Below, one piece after another: positions 17,674 through 26,877 of a DNA stretch of 64,000 bases. The notes under the pieces were generated by a model. It was not told the DNA's origin and did no database searches. It saw only the letters and a list, made by a program, of their open reading frames with translations. Source of the DNA: an uncultured Spirochaetales bacterium (lineage in GTDB: Bacteria; Spirochaetota; Spirochaetia; Sphaerochaetales; Sphaerochaetaceae); assembly GCA_949295505.1 (NCBI GenBank), contig CASFLH010000017.1:61793-125792 (forward strand), in the 5' to 3' direction. A program made the translations under genes and the position numbers. How positions within the stretch are numbered: the first letter of the stretch is position 1; each line of letters begins with the position of its first letter.

Positions 17674-18522
17674 ATGAGAATGAGAAGAATTGCAGCAGTA
17701 GCGATAATGGTTGTTCTTTCCGCAGCGGTTGTTTTCGCCGGCGGAAGCTCAGAGGAGACTTCGGCGTCAGGACGCCCTGTGCTCCGCGTGGCAATGGAAT
17801 GTGGTTATGCTCCATACAACTGGACACAGACAACGGATGCGAATGGCGCAGTGCCTATTGCAGATTCCAATGACTTTGCAAATGGTTATGATGTCATGAT
17901 GGCAAAGCATATCGCAGAGTCCCTTGATATGGATCTTGAAATCGTCAAGCTCGACTGGGATTCCCTTGTTCCTGCTGTGCAGTCCGGTGTTGTTGACTGT
18001 GTCATTGCAGGCCAGTCCATCACCTCCGCCCGTCTCCAGATGGTCGATTTCTCAGAGCCGTATTACTATGCATCAATTGTTTGCCTCGTGAAGGAAGACA
18101 GCCCATATGCAAATGCTCAGGGTGTCTCCGATCTCAGAGGTGTGACTTGCACAAGCCAGATGAACACAGTCTGGTATGATGTGTGTCTCCCGCAGATCCC
18201 GGATGCGAATATCCTTCCTGCACAGGACAGCGCGCCAGCGATGCTTGTGGCTCTCAATGCTGACAGGGTGGATCTTGTATGCACGGATATGCCTACAGCA
18301 ACAGCAGCAACAGTTGCTTATCCTGATATGCTGCTTCTTGATTTCTCCGGCTCCGATGATGATTTCGAGGTAAGCCAGGAAGAGATTAATATCGGAATTT
18401 CAATGAGGAAGGGCAACACAGAGCTCAAGGATGCCATCAATTCAGTCCTCGCACAGATGACAGTCGAGGATTACAACACAATGATGAATGAGGCTATCTC
18501 CGTACAGCCACTTGCCCAGTAA
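17674..18522 (+). CDS. Polar amino-acid ABC transporter substrate-binding protein (PBP type 3)
   Basis: Signal peptide MRMRRIAAVAIMVVLSAAVVFAGGSSEE, then the SBP_bac_3-like core (LRVAMECGYAPYNW ... DCVIAGQSITSAR ... VDFSEPYY). Confidence 0.85.
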   Translation: MRMRRIAAVAIMVVLSAAVVFAGGSSEETSASGRPVLRVAMECGYAPYNWTQTTDANGAVPIADSNDFANGYDVMMAKHIAESLDMDLEIVKLDWDSLVPAVQSGVVDCVIAGQSITSARLQMVDFSEPYYYASIVCLVKEDSPYANAQGVSDLRGVTCTSQMNTVWYDVCLPQIPDANILPAQDSAPAMLVALNADRVDLVCTDMPTATAATVAYPDMLLLDFSGSDDDFEVSQEEINIGISMRKGNTELKDAINSVLAQMTVEDYNTMMNEAISVQPLAQ

Positions 18523-18530
18523 GGTAAAAT

Positions 18531-19331
18531 ATGTCCATTGGTGAAATGAACTTCTTTCAGAGGATGATCTACATCCTCCAGGATTATGGCGGCTCCCTGG
18601 CAAAGGGAGCTGCAACTACGATGGTAATAGCCATCGTATGTACGCTTCTAGGCTGTGTCATAGGTTTTGCTGTCGGTCTTATCCAGACAACTGAGCCGCA
18701 CAAGAAGGATGGCATGCTGAAAAGAGGTGTTCTGAAAGCTGTCAAAGTCGTGCTCACGGCCTATGTGGAGGTCTTCAGAGGAACTCCGATGATGCTTCAG
18801 GCGGCCTTTATCTTCTATGGTATGAGCCAGGTATTCGGTATCAACCTTGGGATGTGGAGTGCTGCCATCATCATCGTGTCTGTCAATACAGGCGCATATA
18901 TGGCCGAGACAGTGAGAGGCGGGATTCTCTCCGTTGATCCAGGCCAGAGCGAAGGTGCAAGGGCTATTGGCATGACCCATTTCCAGACGATGACAAGCAT
19001 CATACTTCCTCAGGCGCTGAGGAACATCATGCCGCAGATCGGCAACAACCTCATCATCAACATAAAGGATACATGTGTTCTATCGATTATCGGGACTGTC
19101 GAGCTTTTCTTCACGTTCAGGAGCATATCTGGAGCACTTTACATGTATTTCGAGGCGGCTACTGTGACAATGGCGATTTACTTCATTCTGACTTTCGTAT
19201 GCTCACGTATCCTCAGGATGATAGAGAACCGCATGGATGGACCGGCTGATTTCAATCTCGCTACTACAGACACTCTTGCTTTTACCAGCGGTCTTACGAA
19301 ATACGATGCAAAGAAGGGAGGTACCCACTGA
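18531..19331 (+). CDS. Amino-acid ABC transporter permease
   Basis: HisM/GlnP-type EAA region ([29 protein letters not shown]) with multiple TM segments. Confidence 0.85.
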   Translation: MSIGEMNFFQRMIYILQDYGGSLAKGAATTMVIAIVCTLLGCVIGFAVGLIQTTEPHKKDGMLKRGVLKAVKVVLTAYVEVFRGTPMMLQAAFIFYGMSQVFGINLGMWSAAIIIVSVNTGAYMAETVRGGILSVDPGQSEGARAIGMTHFQTMTSIILPQALRNIMPQIGNNLIINIKDTCVLSIIGTVELFFTFRSISGALYMYFEAATVTMAIYFILTFVCSRILRMIENRMDGPADFNLATTDTLAFTSGLTKYDAKKGGTH

Positions 19332-20071
19332 TGTCCGAGATACTGAAGATAGAACATCTGGTAAAGACATTCGGAACGAATGAGGTTCTCCGAGATATTG
19401 ATTTCTCCGTGAACAAGGGCGATGTGATAAGCATCATCGGTGCTTCAGGATCCGGAAAGTCCACGCTTCTCCGCTGCATCAATATGCTTGAGGATGCAAC
19501 GGGCGGAAAGATCCTCTACCACGGCAAGGATATTCTTGCTGGAGAGATCAATGAAGACAGTTATCGCACGAAAGTCGGCATGGTTTTCCAGTCTTTCAAT
19601 CTCTTCGCTAATCTCAATGTCCTTGACAACTGCATGATCGGACAGATCAAGGTACTGAAGAAAAGCAAGGAAGAAGCAAAGGCTACAGCCCTTGAGTATC
19701 TGGCGAAAGTCGGTATGGCGCAGTACATCGAAGCGAAGCCGCGTCAGCTTTCAGGAGGTCAGAAACAGCGTGTTGCGATTGCCCGCGCACTGGCAATGAA
19801 TCCGGAGGTCCTGCTTTTCGATGAGCCTACGTCGGCGCTTGATCCCGAGATGGTCGGAGAGGTTCTCGATGTAATGAAGATTCTTGCAGGAACGGGAATG
19901 ACGATGCTTGTCGTTACGCATGAGATGGCGTTTGCCCGTGATGTGTCCAACCGTGTCATCTATATGGCTGATGGAAGAATCGAGGAAGAAGGCAGTCCCA
20001 AGGAGCTTTTCTACGCTCCAAAGAGCCCGAGAACGAAAGATTTTCTTTCACGGTTCACAGCAAAAGCATGA
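19331..20071 (+). CDS. Amino-acid ABC transporter ATP-binding protein
   Basis: Walker [10 protein letters not shown], signature [15 protein letters not shown], Walker [12 protein letters not shown]. Start overlaps the permease stop (TGATG). Confidence 0.9.
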   Translation: MSEILKIEHLVKTFGTNEVLRDIDFSVNKGDVISIIGASGSGKSTLLRCINMLEDATGGKILYHGKDILAGEINEDSYRTKVGMVFQSFNLFANLNVLDNCMIGQIKVLKKSKEEAKATALEYLAKVGMAQYIEAKPRQLSGGQKQRVAIARALAMNPEVLLFDEPTSALDPEMVGEVLDVMKILAGTGMTMLVVTHEMAFARDVSNRVIYMADGRIEEEGSPKELFYAPKSPRTKDFLSRFTAKA

Positions 20072-20074
20072 CCA

Positions 20075-20098
20075 AGGAGCCTCCGGGCTCCTTTTTTT
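20075..20098 (+). terminator. Rho-independent terminator after the amino-acid ABC operon
   Basis: AGGAGCC-tccg-GGCTCCT followed by TTTTTT. Confidence 0.7.
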
Positions 20099-20234
20099 CC
20101 ACCATTATTCCGCTGTGTAGGACAGAAAACGATCATTGCAAAGATGAAAAAGAGTTTCAGTGGTTAATAATCCTGTCGTTGTTTTCGTTTCTTCGTGCAT
20201 AATAATGGAGTAGTAAGCCGAAAAGGAGTGCTCT

Positions 20235-21698
20235 ATGAAGAAGTATGAATTCTGGTTTGTTGTCGGATCTCAGTTCCTCTATGGTCCGGAGGTTCTTGAT
20301 ACAGTTGCGAAGAGAGCGGAGGAGATGGCTGCAGAGCTTTCCAGCAAGCTGCCTTACCCCCTTGTCTACAAAGTAACGGCAAAGACGAATGAGGAGATCA
20401 CAAGTGTCATGAAGGCTGCCAATTTTGATGACAGCTGTGCTGGTGTCATCACATGGTGCCATACCTTCAGCCCGTCAAAGATGTGGATCAATGGACTTGA
20501 TCTGCTTCAGAAGCCGTATTGCCATCTTGCTACTCAGTACAACATGGAGATCCCGAACGAGGAGATAGACATGGATTTCATGAACCTGAACCAGGCCGCA
20601 CATGGTGACAGGGAACATGGATTCATCTCAGCGCGTCTTCGCAAGCCCCGGAAGGTCATAGCCGGATACTGGAAGGAAGAAAGCGTGCAGAAGCGTCTTG
20701 GGGACTGGATGCGGACAGCGGTAGGCGCGGCATTCTCAAGAGAGCTCCGTGTCATGAGATTCGGAGACAATATGAGGGAAGTCGCAGTAACCGAAGGAGA
20801 TAAGGTCGAAGTTCAGATTAAGCTTGGCTGGCAGGTTAACACATGGCCGGTAGGGAAGCTTGTCGAGATAATGGATGCTGTGACAGATAAGGAAATAGAT
20901 GATCTGATGGATGTCTATCGCGCTTCCTATGATTTCGCGACTGATGATATCGAGACTGTGCGCTATCAGGCAAGGGAAGAGATCGCGATGAAGAAGATGA
21001 TGGATGCAGAAGGCTGCTCAGCATTCTCCAACACCTTCCAGGATCTCTATGGCATGAAGCAGCTTCCAGGCCTTGCCTCACAGCATCTGATGGCTCAGGG
21101 CTATGGTTATGGCGGAGAAGGAGACTGGAAAGTCAGTGCAATGACAGCCATCATGAAACGCATGGGAAAGGATGGCAATGGCGCTTCCGCTTTTATGGAG
21201 GACTATACTTACAACCTTGTTCCGGGTGCCAAGTACAGCCTTGGTGCTCATATGCTTGAGGTGTGCCCGAGTGTCGCGGCAGAAAAACCGCGCATCGAGG
21301 TTCATCCTCTGGGAATCGGAGACAGGGAGGATCCGGCCCGTCTTGTATTCGAGGGCAAGGAAGGGGATGCGATTGTCGTGTCGCTTGTTGATATGGGAGG
21401 AAGACTCCGCCTGATCTGTCAGGATATCCACTGCGTCAAACCGATTCTGCCGATGCCGAATCTGCCGGTAGCAAGAGTCATGTGGCAGGCGATGCCGGAC
21501 CTTGAGACCGGAATCGAGTGCTGGATAACAGCAGGAGGTGCTCATCATACGGTTCTCAGCTACGATGTATCTGCGGAACAGATGAAGGACTGGGCGGCTA
21601 TCATGGGTATCGAATTCGTGCACATCACAAAGGATACGACAGTGGAATCTCTTGAAAAGGAGCTCTTCCTTAATGATATCGCGTGGAAGCTGAGATAA
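20235..21698 (+). CDS. araA: L-arabinose isomerase
   Basis: MKKYEFWFVVGSQFLYGPEVL start, then HTFSPSKMW and EGDWK... blocks; 487 aa. RBS AAGGAG upstream. Confidence 0.9.
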   Translation: MKKYEFWFVVGSQFLYGPEVLDTVAKRAEEMAAELSSKLPYPLVYKVTAKTNEEITSVMKAANFDDSCAGVITWCHTFSPSKMWINGLDLLQKPYCHLATQYNMEIPNEEIDMDFMNLNQAAHGDREHGFISARLRKPRKVIAGYWKEESVQKRLGDWMRTAVGAAFSRELRVMRFGDNMREVAVTEGDKVEVQIKLGWQVNTWPVGKLVEIMDAVTDKEIDDLMDVYRASYDFATDDIETVRYQAREEIAMKKMMDAEGCSAFSNTFQDLYGMKQLPGLASQHLMAQGYGYGGEGDWKVSAMTAIMKRMGKDGNGASAFMEDYTYNLVPGAKYSLGAHMLEVCPSVAAEKPRIEVHPLGIGDREDPARLVFEGKEGDAIVVSLVDMGGRLRLICQDIHCVKPILPMPNLPVARVMWQAMPDLETGIECWITAGGAHHTVLSYDVSAEQMKDWAAIMGIEFVHITKDTTVESLEKELFLNDIAWKLR

Positions 21699-21717
21699 GA
21701 AACCATAAAGGAGAGAG

Positions 21718-21746
21718 GGCGCTGGCAGCAGTCAGCGCCTTTCTGT
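21718..21746 (+). terminator. Candidate terminator after araA
   Basis: GGCGCTG-gcagcagt-CAGCGCC followed by TTTCTGTG. Confidence 0.5.
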
Positions 21747-21750
21747 GTAA

Positions 21751-22269
21751 ATGATCAGAAAAGCTGAGGAACAGGATATCAAGGCAGTTGCTGCCATCTA
21801 CGAAGAGATACATACAGCAGATGAGTGCGGCACCCTCACAGCATGCTGGCAGAGAGGTGTGTATCCCACTGAGGATACTGCAAGGAAAGCCTATGTGGGT
21901 GGTGAGCTTTTTGTGGGGGAAGAGGGCGGCAATATTGTCTCCGCCGCCATTATCAATCAGAAGCAGGTTGATGTTTATGAATATGGATCTTGGTCGGAGA
22001 AAGCATCGGAAGAGGAGGTGATGGTCCTTCATACACTTGTCGTGTCACCATCTTGTGCCCACCATGGCTACGGCAGGGCTTTTGTGGCGTTCTATGAAGA
22101 ATATGCCCTTTCCTGCGGCTGCCGCGTGCTCCGGATGGATACCAATGAGAAGAATACGGCAGCCCGCAAGCTCTATGCCTCTCTTGGATACAGGGAAGCC
22201 GGCATAGTCCCCGCGACCTTCAATGGGATTGCTGGTGTCCACCTGGTCCTTCTGGAAAAAATACTGTAA
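21751..22269 (+). CDS. GNAT family N-acetyltransferase
   Basis: 172 aa; the acetyl-CoA binding-like block LVVSPSCAHHGYGRAFV and the C-terminal AARKLYASLGY are typical of GNAT motifs A/B. Confidence 0.8.
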   Translation: MIRKAEEQDIKAVAAIYEEIHTADECGTLTACWQRGVYPTEDTARKAYVGGELFVGEEGGNIVSAAIINQKQVDVYEYGSWSEKASEEEVMVLHTLVVSPSCAHHGYGRAFVAFYEEYALSCGCRVLRMDTNEKNTAARKLYASLGYREAGIVPATFNGIAGVHLVLLEKIL

Positions 22270-22319
22270 AGCCTGGAACATTGACTTGCGTATGCTCTTT
22301 TTGCATACCTCCACAGTAA

Positions 22320-22349
22320 TTGCAGATTTCCGACATTCTGCTTTATACT
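22320..22349 (+). promoter_or_regulatory. Candidate promoter of parE
   Basis: TTGCAG (22320-22325), 18-nt spacer, TATACT (22344-22349). The ATG at 22357 lies 7 nt after the -10 box with no SD. Confidence 0.35.
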
Positions 22350-22356
22350 GTTCTCT

Positions 22357-24162
22357 ATGGCGTATGATGAGAAAAATATCAAATCGCTGTCTTCCCTTGA
22401 ACATATAAGGCTTAGGCCCGGAATGTACATCGGACGGCTTGGGAATGGCTCCCATCCCGACGACGGCATTTATATACTTCTGAAGGAAGTCGTTGACAAT
22501 TCGATAGATGAGTTCATCATGAAGCATGGCTCACGTATCGAAGTGACAGTGCTCAACGGTTCTGTAACTGTCCGTGATTACGGAAGAGGAATCCCCCTTG
22601 GAAAGGTTGTTGAATGCGTATCCATCATAAACACGGGTGCGAAATACGATGATGAGGCCTTCCAGTTCTCCGTGGGACTTAACGGTGTCGGAACGAAAGC
22701 CGTGAATGCACTCTCGTCAGAATTCTATGTAAAGTCTTTCAGGGAAGGGAAGTTCGTAGAGGCCTGGTTCGTAAAAGGAAAGCTTAAGAAGAAAAATGAA
22801 GGAACGACCCCGGAACCAGATGGTACGCTTGTATCATTTACGCCGGATGCTTCCATTTTCCCCGAATACCAGTTCAATGATGATTTCATTGAAGACAGGC
22901 TCTGGAGCTACGCCTATCTCAATACAGGGCTTACGATCGAATACAATAAGAAGATACTGAAGAGCCGGAGCGGACTTCTCGATCTCCTATCGAAAGTCAT
23001 CGGCGATGATGGCCTTTATCCTGCTATCCATTTTCGCAATGAGCATCTTGAGTTCGCTTTCACACACACTTCAGGTTATGGCGAGAATTACTTCTCATAC
23101 GTCAATGGTCAGAACACAGCGGATGGCGGTACCCATCTGGCGGCTTTCAAGGAAGGTGTCCTGAAAGGCATCAACGAGTTCTACAGGAAGAGCTGGCAGG
23201 CTCCTGAGATCAGGGATGGTATCGTAGCCGCTGTTGCCATCAAGATGCAGAATCCTGTTTTCGAGAGCCAGACAAAGAACAAGCTTGGTTCCACGGAAGT
23301 CCGCACCTGGATAGTCAACGAAGTGAAGGAAGCCGTGATGGATGCCCTGATGAAGGACAAGACCAAGGCCCAGGGGCTTCAGGAGAAGGTCTCCACCAAT
23401 GAGAAGGTCCATAAAGAGGAGCAGGAAGTAAGGAACAACTCCAAGGAGAGGGCAAAGAAGACCGCTGTCCACATACCTAAGCTCAGGGATTGCAAGTATC
23501 ATATCAACAATGCGCCGGCTGCCCACAGGAAAGAAGCCGAGGAGTCGATGATCTTCCTCGCAGAGGGTGACAGCGCAGCCGGGACAATCTCAAAAAGCCG
23601 CAATCCGGATACTCAGGCCGTATTCGCTCTAAGAGGAAAGCCTTTCAATGTCCAGGGGTATAAGCGTACAGAGCTCTATAAGCATGAGGAGCTGTATAAC
23701 ATCATGGTCGCGCTTGGCATAGAGAATGGTATTGATGATCTCAGGTATTCAAAGGTCGTGATCGCGACAGATGCCGATACCGATGGCTTCCATATCCGCA
23801 TACTTCTTATGACATTCTTCCTTTCATATTTTGAGGAGCTGGTCACTTCCGGCAAGCTTTTCATTCTTGAGACGCCTCTTTTCAAGGTAAGGAACAAGCA
23901 GACTACGGAGTTCTGCTTCACGGAAGCTGAACGTGATGCTGCGATGAACCGTATCAGGGGCTGCGAGGTGACAAGATTCAAGGGGCTCGGAGAGATTGAT
24001 GCCTCAGATTTCAAGAATTTTATCGGGGAAGATATGAAACTCCTTCCCGTCACGATCAAATCCATTAAGGACATCCGGGACAAGATGGAGTTCTATATGG
24101 GCGACAACACTCCTCAGAGAAAGGAGTTCATCATGGAGAATCTTCTGAATGTCACAGGCTGA
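22357..24162 (+). CDS. parE: Type IIA topoisomerase ATPase subunit, short form (topoisomerase IV subunit B-like)
   Basis: LEHIRLRPGMYIG, GHKL ATPase fold, Toprim EGDSAAG and ATDADTDGFHI; only 601 aa. Confidence 0.85.
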   Translation: MAYDEKNIKSLSSLEHIRLRPGMYIGRLGNGSHPDDGIYILLKEVVDNSIDEFIMKHGSRIEVTVLNGSVTVRDYGRGIPLGKVVECVSIINTGAKYDDEAFQFSVGLNGVGTKAVNALSSEFYVKSFREGKFVEAWFVKGKLKKKNEGTTPEPDGTLVSFTPDASIFPEYQFNDDFIEDRLWSYAYLNTGLTIEYNKKILKSRSGLLDLLSKVIGDDGLYPAIHFRNEHLEFAFTHTSGYGENYFSYVNGQNTADGGTHLAAFKEGVLKGINEFYRKSWQAPEIRDGIVAAVAIKMQNPVFESQTKNKLGSTEVRTWIVNEVKEAVMDALMKDKTKAQGLQEKVSTNEKVHKEEQEVRNNSKERAKKTAVHIPKLRDCKYHINNAPAAHRKEAEESMIFLAEGDSAAGTISKSRNPDTQAVFALRGKPFNVQGYKRTELYKHEELYNIMVALGIENGIDDLRYSKVVIATDADTDGFHIRILLMTFFLSYFEELVTSGKLFILETPLFKVRNKQTTEFCFTEAERDAAMNRIRGCEVTRFKGLGEIDASDFKNFIGEDMKLLPVTIKSIKDIRDKMEFYMGDNTPQRKEFIMENLLNVTG

Positions 24163-26146
24163 TAAACTCTACCGGAATTACTTTCTTGAGTATGCTTCGT
24201 ATGTAGTCAGGGACAGGGCTATCCCTGATCTTGTTGACGGCTTCAAACCTGTTCAGCGTCGTATCATGCACACGCTTTTTGAGATGGATGATGGCCGCAT
24301 GATGAAAGTCGCCAATGTCGTCGGTGCTACCATGAAGTATCATCCGCATGGCGATGCGTCCATCTATGAAGCCCTTGTCAATCTGGCTAACTCAGAGCTT
24401 TTCATCGAAAAGGGCGGGAACTTCGGCAACTTCCTTACAGGGGATGGCGCGGCGGCGGCAAGATACATTGAATGCCGTCTCAAGCCCTTTGCGAAGAAAG
24501 TCCTCTATAATCCTGAGATAACCGAATATGTCAATTCATATGATGGGAGAAGCAAGGAGCCCGTCGTATTCCCGGCAAAGATTCCTGTAGTTGCAATCCA
24601 GGGTACAATGGGCATTGCTGTCGGCATGTCCACCTCAATCCTCCCGCACAATATCTTTGAAGTGCTGGAAGCGGAAAAGAAGGCTCTCAGAGGGGAGAAG
24701 TTCCATCTCTACCCCGATTTCCCGGGTGGTGGCATCATGGATGTCTCTGAGTACAATGATGGGCTTGGCAAGGTTGCGGTAAGGGCCCGGCTCAATGCTT
24801 CGGACCCGAAGAAGCTCGTAATTGAGGAGCTGCCATATGGCGTCACAAGCGATGCGATGATCGCTTCGATCGAGAAAGCCAATGCCACCGGACGGCTGAA
24901 GATAGCCTCCATCAGCGATTACACGGCAGAGAAAGCCCAGATAGAGATCTGCTGGCAGCGTGGTGTCTACTCAGAGGACATGGTCGATGTGCTCTATGCC
25001 GCGACAGACTGCGAGAAGAAGATATCCGTGAATCCTCTCGTCATAGTTGATGGGCTTCCGAAAGCCATGCCGATAACGAAGATGATCCGCTTCCATGCCA
25101 AGCATCTTGTGGAAGTGCTCACTGCGGAGCTGGAGAACGACAGGAAGCATCTTCTTGAGCGGCTGAGAGCCAGAACCCTTGAACGCATCTTCATTGAAGA
25201 ACGGATCTATAAGCGCATTGAGACGGAGAAGACCGCAGAGGCTGTGAAGACAGCAATCATTGATGGCTTTGTTCCTTTCGAGAGCGAACTGGGAGGAGAG
25301 CCTCTTTCCGATGATGACATCGACAGGCTTCTGAAGATTCCTATCAGGCGCATAAGCCTCTTTGATATCGAGAAGAACAAGGCCGAGATTACGGAGATCC
25401 AGGCCCAGATGGAGCAGATTGATTACAATCTCGCGCATATCACGGATTATGCTGAAGGATATCTGACCGAGCTTGAGGAAATGCTGGATAAGGATTTCTT
25501 CAGGCGCAAGACGGAGATATCATCATTTGAGACGCTGAATGTGCGCCAGGTTGCTGTCCGCAATATGGATATCCGATACGATCAGGAGACCGGTTATCTC
25601 GGTACCAACATAAAGACTGGTGAATCTCTGCTGAAGGTCAGTCCGTATGATAAGGTTTTCTATATGAAGTTGAATGGCGAATACCGTGTCATCAATGTCC
25701 AGGACAAGGTGTTCATCGGCACGGAAGGACTCTTCTACATCAATTATGGCGATAAAGACATCATCTCCAAGGAAATCTTCACTGTTATCTATCGGGATCG
25801 CATCCGTGACAAGAATGTCTATCAGATAAAGAGGTTCCATATCTCGGCTTTCACGACAGACAAGATGTACTCGGTCGTCTCCGGGGAGAAGGCAAAGGTG
25901 AAGAAGATGTCGCTCTGGCCTTCGGCTATCATATCCATGAAATTCAAGCAGGGTTATGGATACAAGATAATGGAGGACACCGCAAGGTTTGCGGATTTCC
26001 CGATCTACAAGTCCCCGAATGCAGCAGGACAGAAGCTTACAGGGAAGGAGCTGCAGTCGCTTTCGATAAGACAGACGAAGGATACATCTACTACAGAGGA
26101 GAAAGAGCAGCCTTCGCTATTGGATGGTCTTGATGACAAAGCTTGA
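24149..26146 (+). CDS. parC: Type IIA topoisomerase DNA-cleavage subunit, short form (topoisomerase IV subunit A-like)
   Basis: RAIPDLVDGFKPVQRRI, HPHGDASIY and the catalytic-Tyr context AAARYIECRL. It is 665 aa, so the C-terminal domain is short. 14-nt overlap with parE. Confidence 0.85.
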   Translation: MSQADKLYRNYFLEYASYVVRDRAIPDLVDGFKPVQRRIMHTLFEMDDGRMMKVANVVGATMKYHPHGDASIYEALVNLANSELFIEKGGNFGNFLTGDGAAAARYIECRLKPFAKKVLYNPEITEYVNSYDGRSKEPVVFPAKIPVVAIQGTMGIAVGMSTSILPHNIFEVLEAEKKALRGEKFHLYPDFPGGGIMDVSEYNDGLGKVAVRARLNASDPKKLVIEELPYGVTSDAMIASIEKANATGRLKIASISDYTAEKAQIEICWQRGVYSEDMVDVLYAATDCEKKISVNPLVIVDGLPKAMPITKMIRFHAKHLVEVLTAELENDRKHLLERLRARTLERIFIEERIYKRIETEKTAEAVKTAIIDGFVPFESELGGEPLSDDDIDRLLKIPIRRISLFDIEKNKAEITEIQAQMEQIDYNLAHITDYAEGYLTELEEMLDKDFFRRKTEISSFETLNVRQVAVRNMDIRYDQETGYLGTNIKTGESLLKVSPYDKVFYMKLNGEYRVINVQDKVFIGTEGLFYINYGDKDIISKEIFTVIYRDRIRDKNVYQIKRFHISAFTTDKMYSVVSGEKAKVKKMSLWPSAIISMKFKQGYGYKIMEDTARFADFPIYKSPNAAGQKLTGKELQSLSIRQTKDTSTTEEKEQPSLLDGLDDKA

Positions 26147-26831
26147 TGACAGGATTCTCTATGAGGATAATCATCTCATTATCGTGAATAAATTGCCGGG
26201 AGAGCTCGTGCAGGGAGATGATACGGGAGACCGTACGCTTGCAGATGATGTTAAGTACTATCTGAAGGAAAAGTACAATAAGCCCGGCAATGTCTATCTC
26301 GGTATCCCGCACAGGCTCGACAGGCCGACTTCCGGAATTGTTGTCTATTGCAAGACCGATAAGGCGCTTTCGCGGATGACGGCCTTGTTCCGTACCTCCG
26401 ACGTGAAGAAGACATACTGGGCGATAGTCGACAAGGCTCCTGAGAAGAAAGAAGGAGAGCTCGTACATTACATCGTGAGGAACGCAGAGACGAACAAGAG
26501 CATCGCTAATGCAAAAGAGCGCAAGGGCTCGAAGCTTGCCAGGCTCTCTTACCGTACATTGGCATCCTCGGATAACTATCATCTTCTGGAGATTGATCTG
26601 CATACCGGGCGTCATCATCAGATAAGAGCGCAGCTTGCGGCGCTGGGGATACATATCAAAGGGGACCTGAAGTATGGCGCCCAGCGTTCAAATCCAGATG
26701 GTGGCATATGTCTTCACGCCAGGCATATCACATTCATGCATCCGGTGCGGAAGGAACTAGTTGATGTCACAGCGCCCCCTCCGCATTCAACGCTCTGGGA
26801 TTATTTTGCCGGACAGGTGAGCGGCTCCTGA
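26124..26831 (+). CDS. RluA family pseudouridine synthase
   Basis: YEDNHLIIVNKLPG and the catalytic-Asp motif HRLDRPTSGIVV. Overlaps the parC end by 23 nt. Confidence 0.85.
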   Translation: MVLMTKLDDRILYEDNHLIIVNKLPGELVQGDDTGDRTLADDVKYYLKEKYNKPGNVYLGIPHRLDRPTSGIVVYCKTDKALSRMTALFRTSDVKKTYWAIVDKAPEKKEGELVHYIVRNAETNKSIANAKERKGSKLARLSYRTLASSDNYHLLEIDLHTGRHHQIRAQLAALGIHIKGDLKYGAQRSNPDGGICLHARHITFMHPVRKELVDVTAPPPHSTLWDYFAGQVSGS

Positions 26832-26877
26832 GAAAAGAAAGACAGCACCGTTTCTGATGCTGCCTATGAGATGTCCA

